DNA of 64,000 nucleotides, taken from Polyangiaceae bacterium (GTDB lineage: Bacteria; Myxococcota_A; Polyangia; Polyangiales; Polyangiaceae). The stretch spans positions 1 through 64,000 of the forward strand of contig JAPSGB010000011.1 of the NCBI GenBank assembly GCA_035063585.1. Reading direction: 5' to 3'. The position numbers and the translations under genes are program-made. Positions 10,188-19,515 of this stretch are shown piece after piece (the first letter of the stretch is position 1; the number at the start of each line of letters is the position of its first letter). The notes under the pieces are model-generated. The model saw only the letters and a program-made list of their open reading frames with translations, did not search any database and was not told the origin of the DNA.

Positions 10188-10372
10188 GTCGTTGGCCGAT
10201 CGCTGGCGCCGCGCGGGCGGGACTGGCCCATTTAGCGACCCGGAGCCGGCGAGGTCAAGGTCGCGGGCGCGGCGCGCTCCTCTCGGCCGCGCCGCCGTCT
10301 CGAGCGCGCGCTCCGGAGCAGTTTGTCGAAGCTGCTCGCCGGACGCCGGAATCGTGTTATAGGAGCCGCCAC

Positions 10373-10445
10373 GCGGGACTAGCTCAGTTGGTAGAGCACA
10401 AGCTTCCCAAGCTTGGGGTCGCGGGTTCGAATCCCGTGTCCCGCT
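10373..10445 (+). tRNA. tRNA-Gly (CCC)
   Basis: Cloverleaf: acceptor GCGGGAC/GTCCCGC, D-arm GCTC/GAGC, anticodon arm CAAGC-TTCCCAA-GCTTG, T-loop TTCGAAT; CCA not encoded. Confidence 0.97.
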
Positions 10446-10544
10446 CCGGAAAGATAGGTCGATTCTCGAAGCGGTGAATCGAGGCCACCGCCTCGGCGGC
10501 GCCGTCGAGGTGTCCCGCTCCGGAAAGATGGCTCGATGCTCGAA
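10436..10544 (+). repeat. 35-bp direct repeat overlapping the tRNA-Gly 3' end (10436-10470 and 10510-10544)
   Basis: First 20 bp identical (GTGTCCCGCTCCGGAAAGAT); 3 mismatches in the next 15 bp. Confidence 0.85.
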
Positions 10545-10717
10545 CGTGACCGTCCAGGGGTGGCGGCGCGGCCACCTCGATGCGAGCGGCGCCGCGCGCG
10601 AGCGGCTCGCGCGCTTCACGCCGCGCCGCCGGCCGCGCCGGACCGGCAGGCCCTTCGAGCCTGGTCGTCTGCGCTCGGCGCGGCCGGCGCCCACGCGCGG
10701 CGGATGGCGACGATGGC

Positions 10718-12478
10718 TCAGCGCGGGTCGATGACGATCGTCTCGAGGTTGAGCCCGCCCGGATACATGTAGCTCGTGTAGCTGCCGTAGCCGTAAACGA
10801 CGATGCCGAAGTTCGCGCTGCCGGTCATCTGGTGCGCGCCGCCCGGGATCTTGTGGCGCGCGACGCTGAGCCCAGACGACCCGATGGGCGTGAACTCGGA
10901 GGCGGGGATCGGCTGCCCGTCGATGTTGATGGTGGCGCCGGGCGGCGCGACCACGTTCACGAGGTTGTAGGTGTACGTCGTGGGGGCGAGGAACGTGTAC
11001 GACAGGCGATACTGCTCCGTCGGGATCGCGACCGACTCGGACGGATCTCCGGCGCCGGCAGAGCTCCCCGAGAAGTTCTCGCCGACCATGAACTGCGCCA
11101 CCAGGATCTTGTCTTGCGCCTTGACGTGGAAGTCCTGCGTGACCGGCCCAATCTCGATCCACTGGCCCTTGTTCAGCGTGACCTCGCCATGGACCGCGGG
11201 GTCGAAGACGATCTTGTTGTCGTCCGCCGCCGAGAGCACCCGGACGAACATGTTGTCCGGGGTCTGCCCGCCGCTCTTCGCGGCCGCGACGTTGGCCGGC
11301 GCGGTCACGACGAGATCCTTCCCGAGGGCTTCCACCGGGAACATGCTCTCCTCGATGTGATCGCAGGCGAACCGGCTAAATGGGATGAACGTGCAGTCGT
11401 GCCCGGCGACCACGCTCACCGGAGCGCTCGCCGAGATGAACGAGCCGGTGAGGTCGTACTCCTTCGGAGTCGGGCACATGATGACGTTGACCCCGCCGTT
11501 GTTCTGCGTCGCGCAGGGCTTGTTCGGCTCGTCCGTCCGCTGCGGCGGCAGTTTGCCGCTGCCTATCATGACGACGTCACCGGCGTTCTGCAGCGTCAAG
11601 GTCTGCACCTGGCCGGGCGTCATGGCCTGCACCCCGGTGCCTGCGCGCACGTGCGACGACGAGGTGAACTGAACCGTGGTGTTTGGCTGGGTCGCCGTGA
11701 TGGCGACGAAGCCGGGCGCGTCGCCCCACGTGGTGGAACCGAGCAGCGACTGCCCGATGTGGAAGGTCGGGTAGGTGACGACGAAGTACTCTTTCCGGAG
11801 CGCCGTGGTCGGCAGCATCAAGGAGGCGTCGTTGGTGAACGAGTAGCAGCCGTCCGTGCCGTTCTTGTCGCAGGAGGGCGGCGCGGGGGCGATTTGGAAC
11901 TCGAGCGGGTTGAACTGGTAGAGCGTGATGGGAACGGTGCTCGAGATCTTGTAACCGCCCCCCGCGAGCAGCACCGACGTCATCGCCGACGACTGCTGCT
12001 TCAGCTGGGGCACCCACGGGAGCGTCATCGTCTGGAGCTGCCCCGGCGCGACCGACGCCTGCGCGACCTGCTGCCCGGCTCGCTCGACCCGCACGTCGGC
12101 GGGAGCCGCCGTCGGGTTGGCGACGGTGATGGCGAACTGGAAGTTGTTGTCGACGCTGCTGTTGCTGGTCACGGTCGGCCAGTACTCGCAGCCGATATAG
12201 CTCTGCTGCTCGAGCGCCTGCGCGCAGGTCTGCGGCACGCCGCCGCCCTTGCCGCCGCCGGTGCCCGCGCCTGCGTCGAAGCCGCTGCCGCCCGTCCCCG
12301 GCGAGCTGCCGGTGCCCGGAAATCCGCCCGTGCCGGAGCTACCGCCCGTGCCGGGACTGCCGCCCGTGCCGAGGGCGTTGCCGCCGGTCGCGCTCGAGCA
12401 GGCAGCGAGGAGCGCGCCGCAGGCGAGCACCGGAAACGAACCGAGCCAGCGATAAGAAGTATGGGGAAGTGACGTCAC
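10718..12478 (-). CDS. IgGFc-binding-domain lipoprotein
   Basis: GGAGG before GTG 12478; lipobox LAAC; GT-rich linker; motifs GCEYW, TNDASL.LP, DLTGS.I, CDHIEE, SY.YPGG. Confidence 0.85.
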   Translation of the reverse strand: MTSLPHTSYRWLGSFPVLACGALLAACSSATGGNALGTGGSPGTGGSSGTGGFPGTGSSPGTGGSGFDAGAGTGGGKGGGVPQTCAQALEQQSYIGCEYWPTVTSNSSVDNNFQFAITVANPTAAPADVRVERAGQQVAQASVAPGQLQTMTLPWVPQLKQQSSAMTSVLLAGGGYKISSTVPITLYQFNPLEFQIAPAPPSCDKNGTDGCYSFTNDASLMLPTTALRKEYFVVTYPTFHIGQSLLGSTTWGDAPGFVAITATQPNTTVQFTSSSHVRAGTGVQAMTPGQVQTLTLQNAGDVVMIGSGKLPPQRTDEPNKPCATQNNGGVNVIMCPTPKEYDLTGSFISASAPVSVVAGHDCTFIPFSRFACDHIEESMFPVEALGKDLVVTAPANVAAAKSGGQTPDNMFVRVLSAADDNKIVFDPAVHGEVTLNKGQWIEIGPVTQDFHVKAQDKILVAQFMVGENFSGSSAGAGDPSESVAIPTEQYRLSYTFLAPTTYTYNLVNVVAPPGATINIDGQPIPASEFTPIGSSGLSVARHKIPGGAHQMTGSANFGIVVYGYGSYTSYMYPGGLNLETIVIDPR

Positions 12479-12557
12479 GGTGCCCTCCTGGCGATTTGCC
12501 TCCGAAAAATAGCAGGGGCCTGCCACCCCGACAAGGCGAGCGTTCGCCGCTCCTCGG

Positions 12558-13493
12558 CTAGCGCGCGCCCGGCGCGGCCTTCAGAGCGGAGCGGAGCCCG
12601 AGGAGGTCCTCCGGTGGCGGCGCGGAGAACCGCAGCTCGGCGCCGGTCCGCGGGTGGATGAAGCCGAGCTCGGCGGCGTGCAGCATCAGCCGCGGCGCCG
12701 CGATGAGCGCGCCCGGGTAGCCGCGCTGGTAGACCCGCTCGCCGAGGAGCGGGTGACCGGCCTCGGAGAGGTGGATGCGGATCTGGTGCGTCCGCCCGGT
12801 CTCGAGGCGGCACTCGACGAGCGTCGCTCCCTCGAGCGGCTCGAGCGCGCGCACGTGGGTCGTGGCCGTGCGGCCGAGCCGCGGGTTGGTGGTCGAGCCG
12901 CGGAGGCCGTCGCCGCGGTCGGCGACCAAGCGCGACGAGAAGGTCTGGCTCGCGAGCCTGCCGTGCGCAAGCGCGAGATAGCGCCGGTGCACCGTGTGGA
13001 GGCGAAATTGCTGCTCGAGGTGGCGCTTGGCGGCGAGCGTCCTCGCGAACACGACGAGCCCGCTGGTCTCCTTGTCGATACGGTGCACGACCCCGAGCGC
13101 GTCACGGCGGCGGTGCTCGCGGCGCTCGAGCGCGGCGCGGACGCGGCGGTCGAGCGTGTCGCGCTCGCGCTCGTCGAAGGGGACGGTGCTGAGCCCGGCC
13201 GGCTTGTGGACCACGACGACCTCGCCGTCCGCGTACTCGAGGAGGACCCCCGCCGCGCGCGCCGCGCGCGGCCCCGGCGCGGCCATCTTGACCGACACGC
13301 GGGCTCCGCCGGGGATGAGCTCGCGCGGCTCCGTGCAGAGCTCGCCGCCGACGCTCACCTTTCCGGTGCGCGCGAGCTCGCGCACGGCGCCCCAGCTCGC
13401 GCCCGGATAGAGCTCGCGCAAGAGCTCGCCGAGCGGTCGCGCCGGGCCCGGCTCGAGCTCGCGGGTGAGGTCGGTGAAGCGCGGTCTCGCCAC
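12558..13493 (-). CDS. RluA/RluD-family RNA pseudouridine synthase
   Basis: S4-like N-terminus; KPAG, HRIDKETSG, GRTHQIR.H, LMLHA. Confidence 0.93.
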   Translation of the reverse strand: MARPRFTDLTRELEPGPARPLGELLRELYPGASWGAVRELARTGKVSVGGELCTEPRELIPGGARVSVKMAAPGPRAARAAGVLLEYADGEVVVVHKPAGLSTVPFDERERDTLDRRVRAALERREHRRRDALGVVHRIDKETSGLVVFARTLAAKRHLEQQFRLHTVHRRYLALAHGRLASQTFSSRLVADRGDGLRGSTTNPRLGRTATTHVRALEPLEGATLVECRLETGRTHQIRIHLSEAGHPLLGERVYQRGYPGALIAAPRLMLHAAELGFIHPRTGAELRFSAPPPEDLLGLRSALKAAPGAR

Positions 13494-13560
13494 GGCCCGG
13501 GGCTATACGACGCTCTCGGCGCGAGGACGAGCGCGCCGTCTGCGTCCGGGAGCGAGGAGC

Positions 13561-14730
13561 TCAGCCGCAGAGCTCCCGGGCGAGCCGCTGCCGGTGGTAC
13601 CCGGCGTCTCCGAAGGCTGCCTGCCCCCAGAGCGAGCGCTTGAAGAAGAGCTGCGCGTCGCAGTCCCAGGTGAAGCCGAACCCACCGTGGAGCTGTACGC
13701 CCTTCTTCACCGCGAAGGCGAGCGCGTCGCCGGCCGCGGCCTTGGCCATGCGCGCCGCGCGCTCCGCGTCCGCCGGGGCGTGGTCGATGGCGCACGCGGC
13801 GGCGAGCGAGAGGCTCCGCGCGAGCTCGAGCTGGCACATGAGGTCGACGAGCGGGTGCTTCACGGCTTGAAACGAGCCGATCGCGCGCCCGAACTGCTGG
13901 CGTACCACGGCATAATCACGCGTCATGGTGAGCACCGCCTCGGCCGCGCCGACCAGCTCCGCCGCGACGAACGCCGCGCCGCGCGCGAGCACCGTGCGGA
14001 GCGCGCGCGTCGCGTCGCCGGCGAGGCGCGCGCGCGCCGGGACGCGGGCGCCGTCCAGGAAGAACCGCGCCAGCGGACGCGTGCCGTCGACCGAGCGCTC
14101 GCGCTCGACGCGGACCCCCGGGCAGGGCAGCTCGACGGCATACAATTCGAGCTCGCTCGCGTGGTTCCGCGCCGGGACCACCAACACCCGAGCCTCGTCC
14201 CCCGCGAGCACGTGCGTCTTCGCGCCGTAGAGCGCGAGCTCGCTTCCCTGTCGAACGGCGCGGGTGAGCCCGGCGCCGAGGAGCCCACCGGGCTCGCTCA
14301 CCGCGACCGCGGCGACACACTCGCCGGCGACGATGGACGGGATGAGGCGCGCCGCGTCCTCGGGGGAGCCTCCCGCGGCGATGGCCTCGAGCGCGAGCGC
14401 GCTCGCGAGCAGCGGCGAGGGGAGCAGCACGCGGCCCTGTTCCTCGAGGAGCAGGGCGAAGAGCAGGTGATCGGGGCCCGCGCCGCCGTGAGCGTCCGGC
14501 GCGCAGGCGGCGAGCCATCCGAGCCCTGCGAGCTCGCGGTAGAGCTCGGGATCGGGCGCTGCGCGGCCCTCGACCACGCTCCGCGCGTGCGCGATGGGCG
14601 CGCGCTCGGCGAGCAGCCGGCGCGCGCCGGAGACGGCCATGGCGTGAGCGCTCGTGAAGCCGAAGTCGGCAGGGAGGGCGGGGAGCCGGGAGGCGCCGAG
14701 CTCTGGGGGAAGGTCCAGGTGGGTCATCAC
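13561..14730 (-). CDS. Acyl-CoA dehydrogenase (short partner-type subunit)
   Basis: RQQFGRAIGSFQAVKH and QLHGGFGFTW; directly downstream of a second ACAD. Confidence 0.9.
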   Translation of the reverse strand: MMTHLDLPPELGASRLPALPADFGFTSAHAMAVSGARRLLAERAPIAHARSVVEGRAAPDPELYRELAGLGWLAACAPDAHGGAGPDHLLFALLLEEQGRVLLPSPLLASALALEAIAAGGSPEDAARLIPSIVAGECVAAVAVSEPGGLLGAGLTRAVRQGSELALYGAKTHVLAGDEARVLVVPARNHASELELYAVELPCPGVRVERERSVDGTRPLARFFLDGARVPARARLAGDATRALRTVLARGAAFVAAELVGAAEAVLTMTRDYAVVRQQFGRAIGSFQAVKHPLVDLMCQLELARSLSLAAACAIDHAPADAERAARMAKAAAGDALAFAVKKGVQLHGGFGFTWDCDAQLFFKRSLWGQAAFGDAGYHRQRLARELCG

Positions 14731-14731
14731 T

Positions 14732-15949
14732 TCACTTGCTCTTGGGCAGCCCGAGCACGCGCTCGCCGAGGATGTTCCGCAAGATCTCGCTGGTGCCGCC
14801 GCCGATGGTCATGCCGAACGAATTCATGAACGCGCGCGGCCACTCGCCGGCGAAGGGCGCGTGCGGATCGTCGAGGCTGAGCGCGGCGTCCTCGCCCAGG
14901 ATCTCGCAGGCGAGCTCCGCGAGGCGCTGGTTCCACTCGGAGGCGACCAGCTTGCTCATGAGTGGGAGCGCCATCGGCCGCTCGGCGACGAGCCCCGCGA
15001 CCGCGCTGCGCGCGGCCGAGTGCCCCATCGCGTGCGCTTGGATGTAAAGCTCGGCGATGCGGTCTCGGAGCCGCGGGTCCTCGCTCGCCGGTCGGCCGTC
15101 GCGGAGCGTGGCGCGCGCGAGCTGGAGCAGGCGCTCGAGCTGCTCGAGGAGGCTCGCGGTGCGCTCGCGCGCGGAGCCCTCCGCCGCGCCGCGCTCGAAG
15201 AGGAGCGTGGCCATCGCGACCTCCCACCCTTGCCCCTCGGCGCCGAGGACCGCGTCCGGCGGCGCGACCGCGGCGTCGAAGAGCACCTGGTTGAAGCCGC
15301 CCTCGCCGCTCAGCTTGACGAGCGGCTGCACGGTGACGCCGGGCACCGTCATCGGCATGAGGAAGAAGGTGAGCCCAGCGTACTTATTTACGGACGGATC
15401 GGTGCGCGCGAGCAGGATCATGAAGCTCGCGGCGTGGGCGAGCGTGGTCCAGACCTTGTGGCCGTCCACCTGCCAGCCGCGCTCCGACCTCGACGCGCGG
15501 GTGGTGAGACTCGCGAGGTCCGAGCCGGCGCCCGGCTCGCTGAAGCCCTGGCACCAGAGCTCGTCGGCGCGCAGGAGGGGCGGGAGGAAGCGGCGCTTCT
15601 GCGCCTCGGAGCCGAACGCGAGGATCACCGGCCCGGCCCAGTTGAGCCCGATGAAGTTGAGGAAGAACGGCGCGCGCGCGCGCACCAGCTCCTGCGCGAC
15701 CACCCGGTGCCGCGCCGGATCGACGCCACGTCCGCCGTACTCCTCGGGGACGTCGAACCCGAGGTAGCCGGCGTCGTAGACCTTGCGCTGCCAGTCGCGG
15801 AGGTACTCGAGCTGCGCGTCGCTCTCGACCTCGAGGAACGTCTGCGGCAGCTTGAAGCCGGGGGCCGGCGGGCGCTCGGCCTCGAGCCAGTCGCGCACCT
15901 CGCGGCGAAACGGGCCGAGCTCGCCGGGCTCCGAGGCATCGTCGCTCAT
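14732..15949 (-). CDS. Acyl-CoA dehydrogenase
   Basis: WCQGFSEPGAGSDLASL, GHKVWT, IGGGTSEI.RN; start MSDDAS. Confidence 0.92.
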   Translation of the reverse strand: MSDDASEPGELGPFRREVRDWLEAERPPAPGFKLPQTFLEVESDAQLEYLRDWQRKVYDAGYLGFDVPEEYGGRGVDPARHRVVAQELVRARAPFFLNFIGLNWAGPVILAFGSEAQKRRFLPPLLRADELWCQGFSEPGAGSDLASLTTRASRSERGWQVDGHKVWTTLAHAASFMILLARTDPSVNKYAGLTFFLMPMTVPGVTVQPLVKLSGEGGFNQVLFDAAVAPPDAVLGAEGQGWEVAMATLLFERGAAEGSARERTASLLEQLERLLQLARATLRDGRPASEDPRLRDRIAELYIQAHAMGHSAARSAVAGLVAERPMALPLMSKLVASEWNQRLAELACEILGEDAALSLDDPHAPFAGEWPRAFMNSFGMTIGGGTSEILRNILGERVLGLPKSK

Positions 15950-16136
15950 GGTGAGCGTGACGATACCAGGAGGCGGTCGCCACGCGGAGCCGGACTTGGC
16001 GCCGCGGCGTCCGCGCCGCCGGCCGCGCCGCCTCGGCAGCATTTCCCACGTGTCGGCCCTCGGGAGTCGCCGGCCCGATGGCAAGGGCGCGCTGAGCGGT
16101 GCTACCCTCCGCGGCCTGCCGAAGGGAGAGTGAGCG

Positions 16137-17384
16137 ATGATCGAGTGGAGCGACAGTCACCTCGCGGTCCGAGAGATGGTGCGGAAGTTCATCGACGCGG
16201 AGGTCAAGCCGCACCTCGAGGCGATCGAGCACGGCGACGAGCCGCCCTACGGCGTGCTCCGTAAGCTCGCCGCGACGTTCGGCCTCCGGGACATGGCCGT
16301 AGCGCAGTTCGAGACGCAAATCTCCCGTGACCGGAAGTACGAAGAGGCGGTCGCGCGCGGCGAGACGCCGCCCGAGCGAAAGAAGAAGAGCGGTCCCGAT
16401 CTCGCCGCGGGCGAGATGATGGCGATGCAGATGATCCCGGTCATCGAGCTGTCGCGGCACAGCCCGGGGATGATCACGGCGATGGGCGTGAGCGTCGGGC
16501 TCACTGCGAACACCATCATGAACCGTGGCACCGTGCGCCAGAAGGAGCGCTGGGCGCTCGATCTGCTCACGCTCGACAAGATCGGCGCCTGGGCGATCAC
16601 CGAGCCCGCGAGCGGCTCGGATGCCTTCGGCAGCATGAAGGCCTCGGCCCGCCGCACCGACGGCGGCTACCTGCTGAACGGCAACAAGACGTTCATCACG
16701 AACGGCCCCTACGCCGACACCCTCGTCTTCATCTGCAAGCTCGACGAGGGCAACGACCCGAAGGAGCGCAAGGTGCTCTCGTTCGTGCTCGACCGCGGGA
16801 TGAAGGGGCTCACCCAGTCGAAGCCGCTCCGCAAGATGGGCCTGCACGGCTCGCCGACAGGCGAGCTCTTCCTCGAAGACGTCTTCGTCGAGAGTGATCG
16901 TCTCCTCGGCGAGACGGAAGAGTTGAGCTACCGCACCGGCGTGAAAGAGACGTTCACGAGCGAGCGAACGGGCGTCGCCGCGATGGCGCTCGGCATCGTG
17001 AGCGAGTGCCTGGAGCTCTCCCTCGAGTACGCGAAGACCCGCGTGCAGTTCGGCAAGCGCATCGGGGACTTCCAGCTCATTCAGCTGAAGCTCGCCAAGA
17101 TGGAGGTCGCGCGCGCGAACATCCAGAACATCATCTTTCGCCAGATCGAGCTCGCCGGCGCCGGAAAATCGATGAACCTCGCCGAGGCGAGCGCGTGCAA
17201 GCTCTACTCGGCGCAGACGGCCATGGAGGTCGCGCTCGAGGCGGTGCAGCTCTTCGGCGGCAACGGCTACATGGCGGAATACAAGGTGGAGCAGCTCTGC
17301 CGCGACGCGAAGGTGCTTCAAATCTACGGCGGCACCGACGAGATCCAAATCTCGCAGATCGCGCGCGACCTCCTCTCGCGCTGA
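16137..17384 (+). CDS. Acyl-CoA dehydrogenase
   Basis: TEP.SGSDA, NGNKTFITNGP, RVQFG..I..FQ, GGNGY, IYGGTDEIQ. Confidence 0.93.
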   Translation: MIEWSDSHLAVREMVRKFIDAEVKPHLEAIEHGDEPPYGVLRKLAATFGLRDMAVAQFETQISRDRKYEEAVARGETPPERKKKSGPDLAAGEMMAMQMIPVIELSRHSPGMITAMGVSVGLTANTIMNRGTVRQKERWALDLLTLDKIGAWAITEPASGSDAFGSMKASARRTDGGYLLNGNKTFITNGPYADTLVFICKLDEGNDPKERKVLSFVLDRGMKGLTQSKPLRKMGLHGSPTGELFLEDVFVESDRLLGETEELSYRTGVKETFTSERTGVAAMALGIVSECLELSLEYAKTRVQFGKRIGDFQLIQLKLAKMEVARANIQNIIFRQIELAGAGKSMNLAEASACKLYSAQTAMEVALEAVQLFGGNGYMAEYKVEQLCRDAKVLQIYGGTDEIQISQIARDLLSR

Positions 17385-17466
17385 GTGGCTGCTCGGCCGG
17401 GCTCGGGCGGCGGGTCTTCTGGTCGCCGGTCCGTCGCGGCCGGCGTCGCGGTGTCGCGGTGTCGCG

Positions 17467-17868
17467 GTGTCGCGGTGTCGCGCGCCCTCGCGCGCTGATG
17501 CGGGCGGCTCCGCGAACGGCGACTCGGTCCCCCGCCACCCGGCGCAGCTCGTGGGGCTCTGGGACACCCGAGATGCCAAGGCAGACGAACGCTACCTCAT
17601 GCGCTTCGACGCGAGCGGCGCCGCCGAGCTCACCGACGGGGAGCCGAACACCGGCGTCTGGTCGGTGACCGGACCGCGGGCTCCGAGCTATAGCGATCCT
17701 TGGGTGATGCAGGTTCGGCTCACGTTCGAACCCCTGCGTGATGGTGAGCCCCCTCTCGTCGAAGCGCGCACCTAGCTCGTCTTCGCCGTCGAGACGGACC
17801 AGTTCTCCGCGACGGTGAGCACCTGGGACCACGGCAACGTGACCCAGGTGTTCAGTCGCATGGAGTGA
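17467..17868 (+). pseudogene. Probable degraded gene (beta-rich, lipocalin-like) with an in-frame TAG at 17773-17775
   Basis: Frame continues after the TAG with normal codon usage (LVFAVETDQFSATVSTWDHGNVTQVFSRME*); 5' end replaced by an 8-bp tandem repeat. Confidence 0.55.
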
Positions 17869-17871
17869 GGC

Positions 17872-19332
17872 TCAGCGCCCCTTCGGCTTGGCTACCGGTA
17901 GCCCGGCGGCGCGCCGGGCGGCGGCGAGCTCGCGCTCGGCGTCGGCGAGCCCCGCGGGGGGCGCGCCGCCGTGGGCGAGCTCGCGCCAGGCCGCGACCAC
18001 GGCCTCGAGGGTCGCGAGGCGCGCGGCACGGTCGCCGAGCTTGCCCTCTACCTCCGCCCGCTTCTCGAGGATGCGGACCTTCCGCTTGCCGTAAGCGCGG
18101 GGGAGCGCACGCTCGAGCGCCGCGCGCGCGTCCGCCCAGCGCTCGAGCTCCATGAGCACGTCGGCGAGCCGCACCGCCGGCTCGAGCGCGCCCGGGAGGG
18201 CGCGCTCGCGCTCCTCCAAGAGCCGGACGGCGTCGCCGGCGCGCCCGAGCGCGAGGTAGGCGCGCGCGCGCCCCTCGTCGAAGGTGGCCGCCGTCTCCGG
18301 GCTGGGCGCGGCCGCCGCGGCCGCCTCGAGGATGGCGAGCCGCTGGCGTCGCGCCTCGGCGGCGCCGGCGCGATCGTGGAGCTCGTCGAGCGCGCCGGCG
18401 AGGATGCCGTAAGCGTCCGCGCGGTCGTCCGCGGAGCGCTCCGGCGAGGCGTCGGCGGCGATCACGCGCAGCCGCGCCACCAGCCGTTCGCGCAGGCTCG
18501 CGCGCTCGGCGGGGCGGAGCGCGCGCGTGCAGCCGAACGCGTAGGAGAGGAAATCCGCCGGCATCGACGCGCCGCGGAGCTCGTTCAGATAGCGCGCGCC
18601 GACGGCAGCGCACTCCTCGTAGTCGCGCGCGTGGTAGAGCGACTGCACCCAGCCGCGCAGCGCCTCGCTCCGGCGCGGCCAGTCCGCGCGGGTGAGCTCG
18701 ATGACGGCCGCGTAGGCGTCGGCAGCGGCGCGATAGTGCTCGCTCGCCTGGGCAGCCTTCGCCTCGATGAGGCGCGCGACCGGGGAGTCGGCGGGGAGTG
18801 AGTCGGCCTCGAGCGCCGCCTTCACATCGAGCGATTCTGTCAGGAAGTCAGCCATCTCGCGCACCGATCCGGAGCCCGGCCAGTAGCCGACGAGGCGGCC
18901 CGACGCGGGCTCGATGGCGAAGAAGGTCGGCCAGACCTCGATCGCGTAGCGGTCCACGAACGCGGCGTTCTCCGGCCGATCGGTGTTTATCGCCGCGAAC
19001 ACCACCGAGCCGCCGAAGCGCCGGAGCTCCGGGGCGGCGAGCACGTAGCTTCGCATGCTCGCGCAGGTGTGGCACCACTCGGCCCAGGCATCGACGAAGA
19101 GGAGCTTGTGCTCGGCCTTCGCCTGCTCGGTGGCGCGCGCGAGGTCGTCCTCGATGAAGACGAGGGGAGCGGGCGCGCTCGGCTCGGCCGCGGCGGGCTT
19201 CGCCTCGCGCGGCGGGGCGGGCGCCGAGGCGGCCGCCGGGCTGGGCGCCGGCGTCTTCATCGGCGGCGGCGCGGCGCGCCCGCACCCGACGACGAGCGTC
19301 GTCGCGAAGAGCGACGCGAGCGCTCGCGTCAT
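17872..19332 (-). CDS. Thioredoxin-like + TPR lipoprotein
   Basis: Lipobox VVGC; WAEWCHTC; cis-Pro WPT; helical Ala-rich repeats. Confidence 0.85.
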   Translation of the reverse strand: MTRALASLFATTLVVGCGRAAPPPMKTPAPSPAAASAPAPPREAKPAAAEPSAPAPLVFIEDDLARATEQAKAEHKLLFVDAWAEWCHTCASMRSYVLAAPELRRFGGSVVFAAINTDRPENAAFVDRYAIEVWPTFFAIEPASGRLVGYWPGSGSVREMADFLTESLDVKAALEADSLPADSPVARLIEAKAAQASEHYRAAADAYAAVIELTRADWPRRSEALRGWVQSLYHARDYEECAAVGARYLNELRGASMPADFLSYAFGCTRALRPAERASLRERLVARLRVIAADASPERSADDRADAYGILAGALDELHDRAGAAEARRQRLAILEAAAAAAPSPETAATFDEGRARAYLALGRAGDAVRLLEERERALPGALEPAVRLADVLMELERWADARAALERALPRAYGKRKVRILEKRAEVEGKLGDRAARLATLEAVVAAWRELAHGGAPPAGLADAERELAAARRAAGLPVAKPKGR

Positions 19333-19515
19333 CGCGTCGCACCGCGCGGCGTGCCGGTCGCCGGCCGCGCCGGACCGGCACCCGAGAGAAAACCAGACAT
19401 CCGACTCTCGAGGCTAGCCCGGGCGGCGCGGCGGTCAATCGGGGAGGGGGGACTCGGCGTCGCGGCCGGCGTCGCGGACGCAGAGCCAGGGCGCGGTGTA
19501 TGGTCCGCCGCGAAC

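Noticed and set aside
10436..10544. Mini-CRISPR array
   Set aside because: Only two imperfect units, the first overlapping a tRNA end, and no cas genes in the window; an att-like scar is simpler.
17773..17775. Pyrrolysine or stop-codon recoding
   Set aside because: No pyl genes or suppressor tRNA in the window, and TAG terminates many ordinary genes here.
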